Source: Candidatus Methanophagaceae archaeon
GTDB taxonomy: Archaea > Halobacteriota > Syntropharchaeia > Alkanophagales > Methanospirareceae
Assembly (NCBI GenBank): GCA_003194425.1
Contig: PQXB01000001.1
Location: forward strand, 199,265 to 263,264
Reading direction: 5' to 3'
DNA length: 64,000 nucleotides
Shown: positions 37,399-47,619 of the stretch, piece by piece
Layout: each line of letters opens with the position of its first letter
How positions within the stretch are numbered: the first letter of the stretch is position 1
The notes under the pieces: model-generated
Seen by the model: only the letters and a program-made list of their open reading frames with translations
Database searches by the model: none
Told to the model about the DNA's origin: nothing
Made by a program: the position numbers and the translations under genes

Positions 37399-38805
37399 TT
37401 AGTCGTGGTTAAATGAAATAAGTGGCGTAGGTAGGACTCTACACATCACAACGCCCTCGGCAACCTTCGGCAGGAAGAGCGTGGACTTCTGCGGAAATGC
37501 CTTCCTCTCCTCTCGTGCCTTGTGCTCTACTTCTGCGATTCGCAGCGGTTTCAGGAAAAACGCAACCCTGCACTCACCCGCGTCCACCTTTCTAACCGCC
37601 TCCCGCGGACTGGCGACGAAAGCAATTTCACTAACCGTCGGGTCAGGCACAGAGTCAGGACCAAGAACCCACTCGTGCAGGCTTATCAAATCCAGCCCCA
37701 CTCGTTCGCCCCGCTCCTCTGCTAACGCCCTTATTTTTCGCTCGTCCACCCGCAGCAAAAAAAAATTGTCGCCGTCGTACATTCCCAACCTGACCCTAAA
37801 TTCGTTCTCGTCGTTCTCGTTCTCGTTCTCGCTCTCGCTCTCACACCACTTGCTCTCACACCACTTGCTCTCACACCACTTGCTCCTCTCGTAGCTTTCA
37901 ACTTTTTCAACTTTTTCAACACAAAAATTCGCCTCTACCCGCGACCACAAATCCTGCATCCGAGATTCTCCCACTTTCACGCACCTGTGCCAGGGAAGGA
38001 GTAAAAGCCCTTTCCCCTCGTCCCTGCCGTCCAAGAGCATCGTCAGCGCGTACGCCGCCGTTCCCAGCCGGGAAGAAGCGGCGTAGCGGTGGTGCCCGTC
38101 GAGAATAATAATTTTCTCCCCCTTCATCAGCGACTGAATCCTGCCGACAATTTCCGTGTCCGAAATTTCCCAAAGCAAGTGCCGAGCACCGTCTAACTCA
38201 ACGTCCACAATCGGGTCGCGCCTCAAATAATTCTCAAAAATACGACTCATTTCGCTCTTCCCCTCACCCTCGTGGTCGTGGCTCGACATCTTGTACGCGG
38301 CAACAATCGGAGAGAAGTGCAGGTCGCACGCTTTCATCAGCCGGCACCGCTCCCGCGTCTTCGCCTCAAAAGTCTTCTCGTGCCCAAAAATCTCGCCCTC
38401 GTTCAGCCGCTCGGTTTTCACCAGCGCCACCAGCCCGAGTGCGAAGTAGATCTCTCGTCGGTCTTCCTCCGGAATTTGCTCCAGAACCTCTCCCGAGAGG
38501 CTGTACCTGACGCCGTAAATGTAGAACGCGGGCTTCTCTCGCTCGACCAGAAGCCGCTCGCGGAAGAACCTGTTGAGGTTCTGCTTCGCAGCCACCACAA
38601 ATTCCCGCTCTTCTACGCCCTCTTTTCGTGTGGTAAAGCAGATTACATTGTTCTTTTTGGCGGAATATTTCTCGTACAGGGCTGCGTCAATCGTGTCATA
38701 AACCGGGCAGACCATTTCCGCCCGGCTCCCCTTTCCCCCCTTCCCCGTCTCCCGCTCCAATTCCGGGTTCAGAACTACCGCCTTGAAAGGTTTGATCTTT
38801 ACCAT
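37399..38805 (-). CDS. DUF1015-family protein
   Basis: IILDGHHRYAAS is the DGHHR motif characteristic of DUF1015. The product is 468 aa. The repeat SKWCESKWCESKWCES is present. Confidence 0.6.
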   Translation of the reverse strand: MVKIKPFKAVVLNPELERETGKGGKGSRAEMVCPVYDTIDAALYEKYSAKKNNVICFTTRKEGVEEREFVVAAKQNLNRFFRERLLVEREKPAFYIYGVRYSLSGEVLEQIPEEDRREIYFALGLVALVKTERLNEGEIFGHEKTFEAKTRERCRLMKACDLHFSPIVAAYKMSSHDHEGEGKSEMSRIFENYLRRDPIVDVELDGARHLLWEISDTEIVGRIQSLMKGEKIIILDGHHRYAASSRLGTAAYALTMLLDGRDEGKGLLLLPWHRCVKVGESRMQDLWSRVEANFCVEKVEKVESYERSKWCESKWCESKWCESESENENENDENEFRVRLGMYDGDNFFLLRVDERKIRALAEERGERVGLDLISLHEWVLGPDSVPDPTVSEIAFVASPREAVRKVDAGECRVAFFLKPLRIAEVEHKAREERKAFPQKSTLFLPKVAEGVVMCRVLPTPLISFNHD

Positions 38806-38807
38806 TT

Positions 38808-39785
38808 TTGTTTAATTCAATTTTGATATCTTTATTTGTAATGAAATTCTCGGGCTCGCTCTCAGAGGCGGAGAAGGAGAAGGCGTCGTACGAAATAGTT
38901 GGCGTGCCGTTCGACGGTAACGCCTTCAAGAAAGGCGCGAGGGAAGGACCGAGAGCGGTAAGAAAAGCGTCGCAGCGGCTTGAGACTTTCTTGTGGCACG
39001 AGAAACTCGAGCTCTCGGATTTGCTGTACTACGACCGTGGGGATTTGGATTTGAGCGGGTTTGGCGAGTTTGGCGAGTTTGGCGAGTTTGGCGGGTTTGG
39101 CGAGTTTGGAGGTTTAGTGAGTTTGGAGGGGTTGGAGGGGTTGGACCTGCGGAAGAAGAAGGTTTTTATCGGCGGAGACCATTCCGTCTCCTTTCCTCTC
39201 GTCAAACATTTCTTCGAGCGGGGTGAGGTCGAGAGGGTGGTAGTTTTAGACGCCCACACCGACTTCAGAGACTCCTACAAGAGCAACAAATTCTCCAACG
39301 CCTGCGTGGTGCGGCGGGTGGCGGAGTTGGTAGGACTTGAGCGGGTGGTTGAGATTGGGGTTCGGTCGTCTTCCGAGGAGGAGTACGCGCTGCTTAAAGA
39401 CAACGACAAACTCCGGATTTACGACGCAGGGACGCTGAGGCGGGAAGGAGGAAGAGCAGGAGAAGGGGAAGGAGGAAGAAGTGAAAGAGGAAGAAGTGAA
39501 AGAGGAGGAAGAGAAGAGGCGACTTACCTCTCGATTGACATTGACGTGCTTGACCCAAGCGTAGCGCCGGGAGTGGAGAATCCAGAGCCTTGCGGGTTCT
39601 CGCTGGAGCGGTTGATTTCTGTGGTGCGTGGCGTGATAAAATCTGAGGGAGTGAGAGTGGTTGCGGCGGATGTGGTTGAGGTGAACCCGCGACAGGACAA
39701 CCCAAACGGAATTACAAGCCTCAACGCTGCAAGGCTCGTGTTTGAGATCTTGGCAGGCTACTGGGAAAGGGACAGCCGTTATTAA
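38808..39785 (+). CDS. speB: Agmatinase / arginase-family hydrolase
   Basis: GGDHSVSFPL, VVLDAHTDF and SIDIDVLDPSVAPG are manganese-ligand motifs. The repeat GFGEFGEFGEFGGFGEFGG is present. Confidence 0.85.
   Translation: MFNSILISLFVMKFSGSLSEAEKEKASYEIVGVPFDGNAFKKGAREGPRAVRKASQRLETFLWHEKLELSDLLYYDRGDLDLSGFGEFGEFGEFGGFGEFGGLVSLEGLEGLDLRKKKVFIGGDHSVSFPLVKHFFERGEVERVVVLDAHTDFRDSYKSNKFSNACVVRRVAELVGLERVVEIGVRSSSEEEYALLKDNDKLRIYDAGTLRREGGRAGEGEGGRSERGRSERGGREEATYLSIDIDVLDPSVAPGVENPEPCGFSLERLISVVRGVIKSEGVRVVAADVVEVNPRQDNPNGITSLNAARLVFEILAGYWERDSRY
39057..39110. repeat. In-frame tandem repeat, 12-bp unit TTTGGCGAGTTT x about 4.5, inside the agmatinase gene
   Basis: It encodes (GEFG)n. Confidence 0.9.
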
Positions 39786-39812
39786 TTTACACAAAAACAA
39801 ACTACTACAAAA

Positions 39813-41525
39813 ATGCACTGGTCGTTGGCGATTGCGAAGGAAATCGTAAAGCGTGGAAGAGAGAAAGAGAAGCAAGGAGAAGAGAGGGGAGGTGAGAAGC
39901 GTGGTGAGAAGCGCGGAGAAAGGGGAGGAGAGAAGCGTGGTGAGAAGAGGCAGGTGGTTGCGACAGGAATTACGCCGTCTGGCGAGATTCACGTGGGCAA
40001 CCTGCGAGAAATAATTACAGGAGCAGCGGTGCATTCCGCTCTCGTGGATCTGGGTGTGGAGGCTAGGCTAATTTACATCGCGGACACTTTCGACCCGCTG
40101 CGGCGAAGGTACTCTTTTCTGCCCGAAGAGTACGAGGTAGAGGTTGGGAGACCGCTGTCCGAGATTCCTGACCCGCGGGGGTGCCACTCGTCTTACGCCG
40201 AGCACTTTCTGCAGCCGTTCCTCGAGTCGTTGGAGGAGTTGGGCATAAAAGTGGAGGTCTTCAGAGCCGACGAAATGTACAAGTCGGGGCAGTACGCGGA
40301 GGCGATAAAAGAGGCAGTTGCGAGAAGAGCGGAGTTGTCGCGAATTCTTGAGGAGGTCTCGGGCAGGCGACTACCCGAGGGCGAGGGTTGGTCGCCTTTT
40401 AATCCGCTCTGCGACGCCTGCGGCAGAATTACAACCGCGGTCGTGAAAGAGTCCAGCTTGGACTTGGAGAGCCTGGAGAGAGAGGAGGTGCGTTACGAGT
40501 GCGAGTGCGGGAACGAGGGCGTCGCCTCGTTTAAGGGTGGTGGGAAGTTGGCGTGGCGGGTGGACTGGGCGGCGAGGTGGAAAATATTGGGCGTTACAGT
40601 CGAGCCGTTTGGCAAGGACCACGCCGCTCCCGGGGGGTCGTTCGAGACTGGAAAGCGAATTTCCGCCGAGATTTTCAATTACGAGCCACCTTTCCCTGTC
40701 CCGTTTGAGCACATTCTTTTGAAGACGAAGCGGGAAGGAGAAGGGGCAAAGGCAAAAGTTACGGCAATGTCCTCGTCCCGGGGAACGAACGTTCCAGTGC
40801 ACGAGGTTTTGGAGACGGTGCCGCCGGAGGTCTTGAAGCACCTCATTTTGAGAACCCGCCCCGAGAAGCACATTGAGTTTGACCCTGGTTTACCGCTGCT
40901 CAATTTAATTGACGAGTACGAGCGGGAGAAGGGCGGAATCGGAAAAGGAACCGCGGGTAAAATCCCGTTCAGGCATCTCTTAACGTTGGTGCAAATTGCA
41001 CGGGGCGATTTCTCCGAACTCCTCGAGGTCGTCAAAAGGAGCGGGTACGAGGTTCGTGTGGAGAGCGAAGAAGAGAGCGAAGAAGAGAGCGAAGAAGAGA
41101 GGAAGGAAATAAAAAAGAAGGCGGGCTACGCGGAGAATTGGCTGCGGAAGTACGCACCCCCGAGTTTGAAGTTCGAGCTGCAGTCCGCGTTGCCGAGCGA
41201 GGAGGTGAAAAATCTGTCAGAAGGGCAGAAGAGGGCGTTGGGGCAGTTGGCAGGGCAAATAAAAGGGAGGGGAAAGGGAGAAGAGGGAAGGAACTTGAGT
41301 GCTGCGGAGTGGCAGGATAAAATCTACGAAGTCGCTGCGGCTACCGAGACGGAGGCGAAGGAGATTTTTAAGGCGGTTTACTTGGCTCTGTTGGGAAAGC
41401 CTTCGGGACCGCGGGCTGGCTGGCTGCTCGCTTCTCTGGACGCGGAATTCCTGAGAGGGCGGTTTGAGGCGGTGCGGGAGTGCGAAGCAAATCCAAAGGA
41501 ATTGCCCGGTCGTGAACCGCGGTAG
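39813..41525 (+). CDS. lysK: Lysyl-tRNA synthetase, class I
   Basis: VATGITPSGEIHVGNLREI is the HIGH motif and KMSSSRG is the KMSKS motif. The N-terminal GEKRGEKRGERGGEKRGEKR repeat is present. Confidence 0.9.
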   Translation: MHWSLAIAKEIVKRGREKEKQGEERGGEKRGEKRGERGGEKRGEKRQVVATGITPSGEIHVGNLREIITGAAVHSALVDLGVEARLIYIADTFDPLRRRYSFLPEEYEVEVGRPLSEIPDPRGCHSSYAEHFLQPFLESLEELGIKVEVFRADEMYKSGQYAEAIKEAVARRAELSRILEEVSGRRLPEGEGWSPFNPLCDACGRITTAVVKESSLDLESLEREEVRYECECGNEGVASFKGGGKLAWRVDWAARWKILGVTVEPFGKDHAAPGGSFETGKRISAEIFNYEPPFPVPFEHILLKTKREGEGAKAKVTAMSSSRGTNVPVHEVLETVPPEVLKHLILRTRPEKHIEFDPGLPLLNLIDEYEREKGGIGKGTAGKIPFRHLLTLVQIARGDFSELLEVVKRSGYEVRVESEEESEEESEEERKEIKKKAGYAENWLRKYAPPSLKFELQSALPSEEVKNLSEGQKRALGQLAGQIKGRGKGEEGRNLSAAEWQDKIYEVAAATETEAKEIFKAVYLALLGKPSGPRAGWLLASLDAEFLRGRFEAVRECEANPKELPGREPR

Positions 41526-42255
41526 CGACCAACGCACCTTTCACCCCGACCGCCTCCAGCCGAGACAAGTCCTCGCAGCCCCTAACTCCGCCACCGCACA
41601 AAATTGAGTGCTCCGAGCACTCAACGCAGCGAGCTAGGAAATCAAAGTCAATCCCGCGTTTTGTCCCCACACGGTCCAGTTCCAGCACAATTATTTCCTC
41701 AACCGAAAACGCGTTCAACTTCTCTAACAGCCCCAGCGGTTCAACCCTCAAACTCTCGTCCCGAGCCAACACCTTTTTGTTGAAGAGGTCGAGGCTCACA
41801 CTCGCACTCGCACTCGTGCCGCAAGAACAAAAAACATTAGACGCCGCCTCAAGCAGCGACAAAGACGCGGTCTCTGTCCCTAAAACAATTGTGTCAGCAA
41901 GTCCTGCCTCCGCTACTTCTCTCAACTCCACCACCCCCCGCACGCCACAATCCAGCATTAGTCTCGCCTCGTTGTTCTTCGCTCTTATTTCGCTAACTGC
42001 TTCTTTGTTAGAGCCGCCTGTCCCCGTAAGCCTGTTCAGGTCTGCGAGATAAATTTCCGCAGGTCTCACCGCTTCCAGAACCCGAAGAGGGTCCGAGGTC
42101 TCAACAACAGAACTGAAGCGGTGAATCGGCTCGTACTTCTCTCGCTCGCCTCGCTTCGCGTGCACCACCACGCCGTCGAGCAAGTCCAACACAAAAATCA
42201 GTCGGAACATTTTTACCGCCACACCGTTACCGCCACACCGCACCGTTACCGCCAC
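41368..42255 (-). CDS. HisA/HisF-family (beta/alpha)8 barrel protein. The start is probably MFRLIFVLDL at about 42207. The C-terminal tail overlaps lysK convergently and may not be real.
   Basis: FVLDLLDGVVVH...ADLNRLTG...ILCGGGVR is the HisA-like pattern. Confidence 0.55.
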   Translation of the reverse strand: MAVTVRCGGNGVAVKMFRLIFVLDLLDGVVVHAKRGEREKYEPIHRFSSVVETSDPLRVLEAVRPAEIYLADLNRLTGTGGSNKEAVSEIRAKNNEARLMLDCGVRGVVELREVAEAGLADTIVLGTETASLSLLEAASNVFCSCGTSASASVSLDLFNKKVLARDESLRVEPLGLLEKLNAFSVEEIIVLELDRVGTKRGIDFDFLARCVECSEHSILCGGGVRGCEDLSRLEAVGVKGALVATAVHDRAIPLDLLRTPAPPQTALSGIPRPEKRAASQPAVPKAFPTEPSKPP

Positions 42256-42259
42256 ACCG

Positions 42260-44398
42260 TCACACCGGGAAGACGCAGTAAGCCACGAACAAGGACGAGA
42301 AGAGAATCGCGACCATCGTCATCGCCTTAATCAGCGGATTTATCGCAGGACCTGCAGTGTCTTTAAAAGGGTCACCGACCGTGTCGCCAACGACCGCGGC
42401 TTTGTGTGCCTCGCTGCCTTTCCCGCCCAAGTAGCCGTCCTCAATCAGTTTCTTGGCGTTGTCCCACGCTGCACCGCCGTTCGCCATCATCAGTGCGAGC
42501 ATCAAGCCCGAAATAATCACGCCAATTAGCAGCCCGCCGAGTGCAACCGGACCGAGCAGAAGCCCCACAGCCACCGGCACGACGATCGCAATCAATCCCG
42601 GCACCACCATTTCACGCAGCGCCGCCGAAGTAACGATGTCCACGCACTTGCCGTACTCCGGTTTCGCGGTGCCGTCCCAAATGCCCGGAATCTCCTTGAA
42701 CTGCCTTCTCACTTCTTCGACGACCTTGAACGCTCCCTTCCCTACCGCCCGCATCATCACGGAACTGAACAAGAAGGGAAGGAGACCGCCGAGCAGGAGT
42801 CCGACGAGCACGAGCGGGTTGAAGAGGCTGAACTCCTCCGCAGGCACGCCTACTTTGTGCAGGTAGTCAGAGAAGAGAGCTAAAGCCGCGATTGCCGCCG
42901 ACGCGATTGCGTAGCCCTTTGTTACCGCTTTCGTGGTGTTTCCGACCGCGTCGAGCTTGTCGGTCGTCGCCCTGACCTCAGGAGGCAGGTCCGCCATCTC
43001 CGCAATCCCGCCCGCGTTGTCCGTAATCGGACCGTAGGAGTCGAGTGCGACGATAATTCCAGTGGTCGAGAGCATCGCGACCGCGGCGATTGAAATCCCG
43101 TAAAGCCCGGCAATGCTCGCTGCTGCTCCGCCCCCGTCTGTCCCTCCCGTAGCCAAGAAAGGCACGAAGTAAGCGGCCAAAATCCCACCGCAAATTATCA
43201 CGACCGGCAGCCCCGTAGACTGCATTCCTACCGCCAGACCTGTGATCAGATTCGTGCCAGCGCCTGTCTTGCTCGCGTCTGCAATTGAACGCACAGGGGC
43301 GTGCAGTTGCGTGAAGTATTCGGTGACGACGACCATTAAAGCCATAATTATTATTCCGACGACCGCTGAGACGAAGATTGAAATTCCGAACGGGTCGGTC
43401 CCGATTAACGCCGCGGTTACGGGGTAGAACAAAATTACGCTCAGCACCGAGGCTGTAGCAACGCCCTTGTAGAGCGTTTTCATAATGTCTCCGTGCTTCC
43501 CCATTCTGACTGCGAAGACCGCGACGATCGAGGCGAAGATCGCGACTGCTCCCAAGACCAGCGGGTACTCAATCGCGTGGACTGGGACTGCAAAACCTCC
43601 TGCCCCCGTTCCGCTTCCCCCCGTTCCGCTTCCTCCCTTCAACATCAAACCCCCGATTAGCATCGCTGCGATCGAAGTCACAACATAAGTCTCAAACAGG
43701 TCGGCGCCCATTCCCGCGCAGTCGCCCACATTGTCGCCCACATTGTCCGCGATTACGCCTGCGTTTCGCGGGTCGTCCTCTGGAATCCCCGCCTCTACCT
43801 TGCCTACCAAGTCCGCACCGACGTCAGCGGCTTTTGTGTAAATCCCGCCGCCAACCCGTGCGAAAAGCGAAATCAGCGAGGCACCGAAGCCGTAGCCCAC
43901 GACGAGGTCGACTGCGTGCGAGTCGCCGCCGAAGAGAATGTAGAGGCAGCTCGTCCCGAGCAGTGCGAGCCCCACGACTGCGAGTCCTGTTACCGCACCG
44001 CCGCGGAACGCGATCGTGAGTGCCCTGCGAACTCCTGACGAAGCGGCTTGAGCAACGCGGACGTTCGCCCTCGTCGAGACGAACATTCCGATGTAGCCCG
44101 CTGCGGCGGAGCAGACCGCACCAGCCAAGAAACCCGCTGCGACCCTGCCCGAGTCGAAGAACCCGCCCGCGAAACCGCCTGAAAGAGCAACGAACAAGAC
44201 CGCTGCGACCACGACTGCGACGACGCTGACGGTCTTGTACTGCCTCTTCAAGTAAGCGGCTGCTCCCTCTTGAACCGCCTCCGAGATTGCGTTCATCTTC
44301 TCGCTGCCCTTCTCCTGCCTGAGCGTCTGTGCAGCGAAGACCGCTGCGAACGTCAAACTTACGAGCCCTGCAACCGGCGCCAAGAATAACAAGTCCAT
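42260..44398 (-). CDS. hppA: Membrane-bound H+-translocating pyrophosphatase
   Basis: A 712-aa polytopic protein with [19 protein letters not shown] and DNVGDNVGD, the H+-PPase signatures. Confidence 0.9.
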   Translation of the reverse strand: MDLLFLAPVAGLVSLTFAAVFAAQTLRQEKGSEKMNAISEAVQEGAAAYLKRQYKTVSVVAVVVAAVLFVALSGGFAGGFFDSGRVAAGFLAGAVCSAAAGYIGMFVSTRANVRVAQAASSGVRRALTIAFRGGAVTGLAVVGLALLGTSCLYILFGGDSHAVDLVVGYGFGASLISLFARVGGGIYTKAADVGADLVGKVEAGIPEDDPRNAGVIADNVGDNVGDCAGMGADLFETYVVTSIAAMLIGGLMLKGGSGTGGSGTGAGGFAVPVHAIEYPLVLGAVAIFASIVAVFAVRMGKHGDIMKTLYKGVATASVLSVILFYPVTAALIGTDPFGISIFVSAVVGIIIMALMVVVTEYFTQLHAPVRSIADASKTGAGTNLITGLAVGMQSTGLPVVIICGGILAAYFVPFLATGGTDGGGAAASIAGLYGISIAAVAMLSTTGIIVALDSYGPITDNAGGIAEMADLPPEVRATTDKLDAVGNTTKAVTKGYAIASAAIAALALFSDYLHKVGVPAEEFSLFNPLVLVGLLLGGLLPFLFSSVMMRAVGKGAFKVVEEVRRQFKEIPGIWDGTAKPEYGKCVDIVTSAALREMVVPGLIAIVVPVAVGLLLGPVALGGLLIGVIISGLMLALMMANGGAAWDNAKKLIEDGYLGGKGSEAHKAAVVGDTVGDPFKDTAGPAINPLIKAMTMVAILFSSLFVAYCVFPV

Positions 44399-44477
44399 TT
44401 CTCTCTTCTCCTTCTTTCTTCTCTCTTTATCTTTTTATACTAAATAAAAGTAGAAAGAAAGGAAAGGAGAAAAATAA

Positions 44478-44551
44478 GGGGCAGTAGGGTAGCCAGGTCA
44501 TCCTCGTGGCTTTGGGAGCCATGGACCCCAGTCCAAATCTGGGCTGCCCCA
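44478..44551 (+). tRNA. tRNA-Pro (anticodon UGG)
   Basis: GGGGCAG acceptor stem, anticodon loop UUUGGGA, T-arm CCAGUCCAAAUCUGG. Confidence 0.8.
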
Positions 44552-44563
44552 TTTCTCTCGCAA

Positions 44564-44672
44564 TGCGGGGGGCGTGACTCGAACACGCGGACTCCTACGA
44601 GACAGGGTCTCTCCGCAACTCCTTTAAGTTGCTCCTAAGCCCTGCGCCTTTTCCTATCTCAGCAACCCCCGC
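44564..44672 (-). tRNA. tRNA-Leu (anticodon UAG) with a roughly 25-nt intron after position 37
   Basis: GCGGGGG acceptor stem, anticodon loop CUUAGGA followed by an intron, long variable arm, T-arm GUGUUCGAGUCAC. Confidence 0.7.
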
Positions 44673-44706
44673 AAACAACCACGAAGCGTTTTTGGTCAAA
44701 CTTTTC

Positions 44707-45186
44707 TTAAAAGTTTGTTCTTAAAAGTTTGTTCTTCTCCTTCCGCTCCACCTTCACCTCCTCCACCCGAGTGTGCGGGTAATTCCCTGTCTCGTCCTTC
44801 TCCTCCTGCTTTACCATATCCCAAACCGTGAGCAACGCCACACTCACGCCGTGCAGCGCCTCCATTTCTACGCCCGTCTTTCCAACCGACTTCACCGTTA
44901 CCACCGCCCTCACTTCCCGCTCCTCCCCCTGCTCTCCCTGCTCCCCCTCCTCCTCGCCCACCGAAAATTCAACCTTCACCGCCTCAATATTTATCGGGTG
45001 GCAGAGCGGAATCACACTCGGCGTTTTTTTCACCGCCAACACCGCCGCCGTCTCTGCACTCCCAAGCACATTTCCCTTCTCTACACGCCCGCTTTTAATC
45101 TTTTCGAGAGTGCTGCCCTTCAATTTTATCCTGCCCGAGGCTACTGCTACTCGCTCAACCTCTTCTTTCCCGCTAATGTCCACCAT
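44707..45186 (-). CDS. moaC: Cyclic pyranopterin monophosphate synthase MoaC. The track ORF starts at 45282 with a Gly/Ser homopolymer leader. The start used here is the Met before VDISGKEE.
   Basis: IKSGRVEKGNVLGSAETAAVLAVKKTPSVIPLCHPI is the MoaC core. A repeat insertion is present. Confidence 0.8.
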   Translation of the reverse strand: MVDISGKEEVERVAVASGRIKLKGSTLEKIKSGRVEKGNVLGSAETAAVLAVKKTPSVIPLCHPINIEAVKVEFSVGEEEGEQGEQGEEREVRAVVTVKSVGKTGVEMEALHGVSVALLTVWDMVKQEEKDETGNYPHTRVEEVKVERKEKNKLLRTNF

Positions 45187-45309
45187 TCTACTGCTGCTGC
45201 TACTGCTACTGCTGCTACTGCTACTGCTACTACCACCGCCACCGCCTCCGCCACTGCTCGCACCTTGACCTTGCCGATTCATCGTCGTTAAACTTGACCT
45301 TACGCCGGC

Positions 45310-45525
45310 CTACACCGGCCAAACCCCAAAATAAATCTCCAGCCCCAAGATCACCACGCCAATAAACACGCCCACGAGCAGAACGGTCTTCGGCGACAAC
45401 CTGACAGCAGACTCCTCAACATCGTAATATCGCATTAACCCTGCAGAGGACATTAGCCCACGCTCTTCGGATTTTCCGCCCTTCCCTCCTTTCTTCGCCT
45501 TCTTCGCCGCTTTTCCTTTCGCCAT
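45310..45525 (-). CDS. Preprotein translocase subunit Sec61beta (SecG, archaeal)
   Basis: A 71-aa protein with a Lys-rich N-terminus, GLMRYYD and a single C-terminal TM helix. Confidence 0.65.
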   Translation of the reverse strand: MAKGKAAKKAKKGGKGGKSEERGLMSSAGLMRYYDVEESAVRLSPKTVLLVGVFIGVVILGLEIYFGVWPV

Positions 45526-45609
45526 ATTTCTCTCTCTATTTTACCTTCTAATAAAAAATAAACTGAAAGGAAACTGAAAGGAGATGAAAGGAAACTGAAA
45601 GGAGAAAAA

Positions 45610-46455
45610 ATGGGAATAAGTTGGCAGGCGATTTATGTGCTGTGGCTCAGGGAGATGAAAGGAATGTGGAGGGCAAAGAGCAGAGTGGTCGGTGCGTTAG
45701 GAATGCCGATTTTCTTCCTCGCGTTCCTGGGCTTGGGGTTTGGGCAGGCGTCGATTCCGGGAATTCCCGCGGGAGTGAGTTATGTTGAGTTTCTAACGCC
45801 TGGGATAATTGGAATGACGATGCTCTTCAGTTCGATGTTCGCGGGAATCTCCGTTCTCTGGGACAAGGAGTTCGGGTTTCTCAAGGAGGTGATGGTAGCG
45901 CCGGTCTCGAGGCTCTCAATCGTGCTTGGAAGAGTAGCAGGCGGCTCCACCGTTTCAGTGCTGCAGGGCTGTTTAATCTTGACGCTGAGCAGTTTGATGA
46001 TGGGGTTTAGAGTTCGGGGGAGTGCTGGAGGGGTGGCGCCCGTTCCCGTTAGCCTTCTGCTCGCGTTGATTTTTATGTGCTTAATTTCGGTTACTTTTAT
46101 CGGGCTGGGCTTGATTTTCGCTTCGCGGATGCGGGATATGCAAGGCTTCTCATTGGTGGTGAATTTCGTGATGTTCCCGATTTTCCTGCTCTCTGGTGCG
46201 TTGTTCCCTGTGGAGACGCTGCCTGCTTGGCTCGTTCCTCTCTGTTACGCAAATCCGCTGACTTACGGCGTTGACGGTTTGAGGGGCGTTCTGCTCGGCG
46301 GGCTCGGTGGGCTCGGTGGGCTCGGCGGGGCGGGAGCAGGGGTAGGAGTGGCGGAATTTCCTGTGCTGCTCGATCTTTTGCTGACCGCTGCAAGTTCGGT
46401 TGGAATGGTGAGCGTGGGCTCGTATTTGTTTGAGAGCACCGAGGTGGAGCGGTGA
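45610..46455 (+). CDS. ABC-2 type transporter permease
   Basis: YVLWLREMKGMWRAKSRVVGALGMPIFFLAFLGLGFG is the ABC-2 signature start. There are six TM helices. No cognate ATPase is adjacent. Confidence 0.7.
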   Translation: MGISWQAIYVLWLREMKGMWRAKSRVVGALGMPIFFLAFLGLGFGQASIPGIPAGVSYVEFLTPGIIGMTMLFSSMFAGISVLWDKEFGFLKEVMVAPVSRLSIVLGRVAGGSTVSVLQGCLILTLSSLMMGFRVRGSAGGVAPVPVSLLLALIFMCLISVTFIGLGLIFASRMRDMQGFSLVVNFVMFPIFLLSGALFPVETLPAWLVPLCYANPLTYGVDGLRGVLLGGLGGLGGLGGAGAGVGVAEFPVLLDLLLTAASSVGMVSVGSYLFESTEVER

Positions 46456-47594
46456 GGAGGCGGTGTTTTGCAACCGAGATTATCGCAATTCTGCTTATCG
46501 CAATTCTGCTGGCGGTAAAGATTTTCTCATTTCTTTTAGCCACTCTCTCGTGGGCGGTTTTTAAGGGGCAGCCTGCGGACATTATTTTTCTTTGGAACCG
46601 CTGGGACGCCCCGCATTATGTGGAAATCGCAAAGAACGGCTACACAGCAGTCGGAGAAGCGAGGTATTTTATCGTTTTTATGCCCCTCTTCCCGTTTCTG
46701 ATAAAGGTCGTAGCGGTCTTCGTCAGGAACTACGAGGTCGCTGCACTGCTAATCTCAAACTCCGCGTCAGTCCTCGCAGCTCTCTACCTTTACCGACTCG
46801 CAAGACTCGACTACCCTCACGGCACGGCACTGAAGAGCGTTTTTTATTTCTGCATCTTTCCCACCTCCTACTTCTTAATCGCAGGCTACACCGAGAGTCT
46901 GTTTTTGTTGTTGACGATTGCCTGCTTTTACTACGCGAGGCGAGGGAAGTGGTTCTCGGCGGGCGTGTTGGGAATGCTTGCGTCCGCCACAAGAATCACG
47001 GGGCTTGTCCTAATTCCTGCGTTGTTCTTTGAACTTTTCTCGCAAACGCAAAATGCGGAGACGCAAAATGCGGAGACCAAGACCAGGAAGAGCGTCCTTC
47101 ACGCTCTTTCAGTCTGCTGCCTAATTGGGCTGGGTTTTGTCTCTTACCTCGTCCTGAATTATGCGGTCTTTGGCGACGCGTTTGCGTTCCTCGCAGTGCA
47201 GCAGGAGCACTGGTCGAAGCACCTCGCACCGCCTTGGGAGGGGCTGTTGGGGGCGTTGAGTAGCGTTTTTTGGCGAGACGCTGCGGGAAAAGTGCTTGTC
47301 GGCGGTGCAGAACTCGTCTTCGGCTTGCTTGGCTTGGCGTGCATTCTTTACGCAGTCGCTGCGAGGCTACGCCCCTCTTACACAATTTACACGCTTCTCA
47401 CCTGGCTCGTGGTGACTTCGACCAGTTTTTGGCTGAGCGTTCCGCGTTACACGCTCTCTCTGTTCCCGATTTTCATCCTGCTCGCTGTTCTTGGGGAGAA
47501 GCGGGAGGAGTTGCATTACGCGATGACCGTAGGTTTTCTGCTCTTTTTTGGCTTCTTCCTCGTTCTTTTCACGCAGGGACAGTGGGCGTTTTGA
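46452..47594 (+). CDS. GT-C-type integral membrane glycosyltransferase (PIG-V/DUF2029-like mannosyltransferase)
   Basis: LWNRWDAPHYVEIAKNGYT matches the W-x-R-W-D-[AS]-x-H-Y motif of this family. Polytopic. Confidence 0.55.
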   Translation: MRRRCFATEIIAILLIAILLAVKIFSFLLATLSWAVFKGQPADIIFLWNRWDAPHYVEIAKNGYTAVGEARYFIVFMPLFPFLIKVVAVFVRNYEVAALLISNSASVLAALYLYRLARLDYPHGTALKSVFYFCIFPTSYFLIAGYTESLFLLLTIACFYYARRGKWFSAGVLGMLASATRITGLVLIPALFFELFSQTQNAETQNAETKTRKSVLHALSVCCLIGLGFVSYLVLNYAVFGDAFAFLAVQQEHWSKHLAPPWEGLLGALSSVFWRDAAGKVLVGGAELVFGLLGLACILYAVAARLRPSYTIYTLLTWLVVTSTSFWLSVPRYTLSLFPIFILLAVLGEKREELHYAMTVGFLLFFGFFLVLFTQGQWAF

Positions 47595-47619
47595 CTTCTC
47601 AAACCCTTAAAACTAACCC

